Of a stretch of 64,000 nt of DNA, positions 62,430-64,000 are shown piece by piece. The position numbers and the translations under genes were made by a program. The stretch's first letter is position 1. Each line of letters opens with the position of its first letter. The notes beneath the pieces were generated by a model that had not been told where the DNA came from, did no database searches, and saw only the letters and a list, made by a program, of their open reading frames with translations. The stretch is from contig JBLIOE010000019.1 in assembly GCA_047639555.1 (NCBI GenBank), positions 714-64,713 of the forward strand, read 5' to 3'. Source of the DNA: Candidatus Aldehydirespiratoraceae bacterium. Its GTDB lineage: Bacteria; Actinomycetota; Acidimicrobiia; Acidimicrobiales; Aldehydirespiratoraceae.

Positions 62430-63800
62430 CTAGTCCGTCACGGCGGCGAGCTGATCGTTCAACCAGTCCGCGGGGTTGCGTGATTCGGCGCGACGGCGAA
62501 CCTCGGCCGACTGTTCGGCTCGGGCGGAGGTGTCCATGTCGAGTGCCTCGGCCAGCGCGAGCGCCTGATCGGCGATGTCGTAGGGGTTCACGGTTCGTAC
62601 GGCTCCGGCGAGCTCGTCGTGTACGCCTGCTTCGCGGCTGAGCACCACGATGCCGTCTCGTTCGTTGACCAACGGTCCTTCCTTTGCCACCAGGTTCAGA
62701 CCGTCGCGGATGGGGTTCACCATCAACACGTCGTAGCGGCGGAGGTGGGCGACGGATTTCGGGAAGTCGTCGACGAGGTCCAGCTCGATGGGCTCCCAGT
62801 CTTCGGTTCGCCAGCGTCGGTTAATCACGTTGGTCAGCGCCTCGATCTCCGAGCGATAGGCGAGATATTCGGGCAGACCCTCGCGGGAGGGGTAGCCGAG
62901 CGCACGGAACACCACGGTGCCGCGGAGGTCCGGCCGGTCAGCCAGCATTTGGTCATAGGCCCGGAAGCCGCGGAGTAGATTCTTGGAGAGCTCGATGCGG
63001 TCGACCCGTACGATCAGGCGACGATCACCAAGCGCCGAGTCGATCGCCGCCACTTCGTCGTTGCAACGATCGCTATGAGCCACGCCTCGGATGTCGTCGG
63101 CGTCGGGCGCGAGCGGAGCCACGAAGGTGCGCGGCTGGCGGCCGAGCACGTCACGACAACACGCCTGGAAGTCGTCGGCCCAACGCTGCGAGTGGAAACC
63201 GCAGGCATCGTGGCCGGCCATACCTTCCAGGAGTTCCGTCGCTATGTCGTGGGGAAGGACGCGTATGTGCAGGGGCGTTGCGAACGGTGTGTGGGAGAAG
63301 TGGACGGTCCGAAGGTCGGGCCGAGCTTCTCGGACCATCGGGCCGAGCAGGGCGAGGTGGTAGTCCTGCACCAGCACGGTGGCGCCGTTGGGCGATTCGG
63401 CGCACACGACCTCGGCGAACGAGCGGTTATACGACCGGTAGGCGTCCCACGCTTCACGGAACCCACGGTCGATGATCGGGCGTCGGCTTAGGTCGTGGAG
63501 CCCGTGGTAGAGAAACCAGAGCATGGCGTTACAGACGACGTCGTAGGACTTCGCCATAATCGCCGGGTCGATCGCGAGTGTGCGAACGCGGAGACCATCG
63601 GCCTCGATGACACCCTGTGTCGCGGCCGCTCGGTCGGCGTCGCTGAGCGCGGCGGCGATCCAGATTGCGTCGGTGCCCGCGACCAGAGGCGCGAGGCCGG
63701 ACACGAGCCCGCCACCTCCTCGCGTGGCGACGAGTTCGCCACCGTCCTCACGAAACGACAGTGGGCCACGATTCGAAACGAGCACTACGGGTGACGACAC
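62430..63800 (-). CDS. otsA: Alpha,alpha-trehalose-phosphate synthase (GT20)
   Basis: VVLVSNRGP...GGLVSGL..., VLVQDYHL, RVDRIELSKN, MVNPIRDGLNLVAKE. Confidence 0.9.
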   Translation of the reverse strand: MSSPVVLVSNRGPLSFREDGGELVATRGGGGLVSGLAPLVAGTDAIWIAAALSDADRAAATQGVIEADGLRVRTLAIDPAIMAKSYDVVCNAMLWFLYHGLHDLSRRPIIDRGFREAWDAYRSYNRSFAEVVCAESPNGATVLVQDYHLALLGPMVREARPDLRTVHFSHTPFATPLHIRVLPHDIATELLEGMAGHDACGFHSQRWADDFQACCRDVLGRQPRTFVAPLAPDADDIRGVAHSDRCNDEVAAIDSALGDRRLIVRVDRIELSKNLLRGFRAYDQMLADRPDLRGTVVFRALGYPSREGLPEYLAYRSEIEALTNVINRRWRTEDWEPIELDLVDDFPKSVAHLRRYDVLMVNPIRDGLNLVAKEGPLVNERDGIVVLSREAGVHDELAGAVRTVNPYDIADQALALAEALDMDTSARAEQSAEVRRRAESRNPADWLNDQLAAVTD

Positions 63801-63852
63801 CGCGCCAAACCTAGTGGCCGGACTCTTCGGGTGGGGCTAGGTATGAGGCAAC

Positions 63853-64000
63853 ATGGGCGAGATGAAGGTCCTCGTTTGTTCCGACAAGTTCCGTGGAACG
63901 GCCACGGCCCGAGAGATCGGCGATGCCGTGGCGTTCGCGATCGAAGGCGTCGGGGGTCACGCCCGCGTGCAGCCCATGGCGGATGGAGGAGAGGGCACGC
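63853..64000 (+). CDS. Glycerate kinase (partial, N-terminus only; continues past the window end)
   Basis: My translation MGEMKVLVCSDKFRGTATAREIGDAVAFAIEGVGGHARVQPMADGGEGT shows the signature SDKF[RK]G...ADGGEGT. It is open to the window end. Confidence 0.7.
   Translation, partial: MGEMKVLVCSDKFRGTATAREIGDAVAFAIEGVGGHARVQPMADGGEGT

Overview
High-GC actinobacterial chromosomal core segment, very densely coded: about 70 CDS, 3 tRNAs, and many 4-nt ATGA/GTGA start-stop overlaps. I found no transposase, integrase, prophage or CRISPR array. As I recall the M. tuberculosis Rv3580-Rv3661 region, gene order here is largely collinear with it: HAD-IB hydrolase, Tad/Flp pilus locus, DUF1998 helicase, topA, tmk, holB, tilS-hpt-folEPBK-panC-coaX-lysS-clpC, radA, crp, ispDF, rlmB, DUF3263/LytR_C, otsBA. 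Several expected genes are absent (ftsH, lsr2, cspA, disA, cysS, panD) and there are lineage-specific insertions. This suggests a deep-branching, non-Corynebacteriales actinobacterium, possibly Acidimicrobiia-like; that is inference only. The left third holds an ECF sigma/anti-sigma pair, a nitrogen module (glnR, GSI glnA, GSII glnII), nadE, a group 1/2 sigma factor and a five-gene envelope-glycan operon. Items most worth a second look: (1) an operon pairing DprE1-like and DprE2-like enzymes with a GT2 and a GT-C-like membrane protein, sitting directly downstream of (2) a UCA-anticodon tRNA (tRNA-Sec-like) with no sel genes nearby; (3) a SigH/SigR-type promoter driving a leaderless small Cys/His protein right after sigH-rshA; (4) a FolK-DUF2520 fusion and a Cys-less phosphatase-fold protein inside the folate operon; (5) twin UUCCCC-loop hairpins where mycobacteria encode the 6C sRNA; (6) a 28-bp tandem array at a convergent gene junction and a 15-bp tandem SD-ATG array. 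Start codons are my own refinements of the ORF track, which translates GTG/TTG starts as M. All family assignments come from reading motifs by eye, not from database searches.
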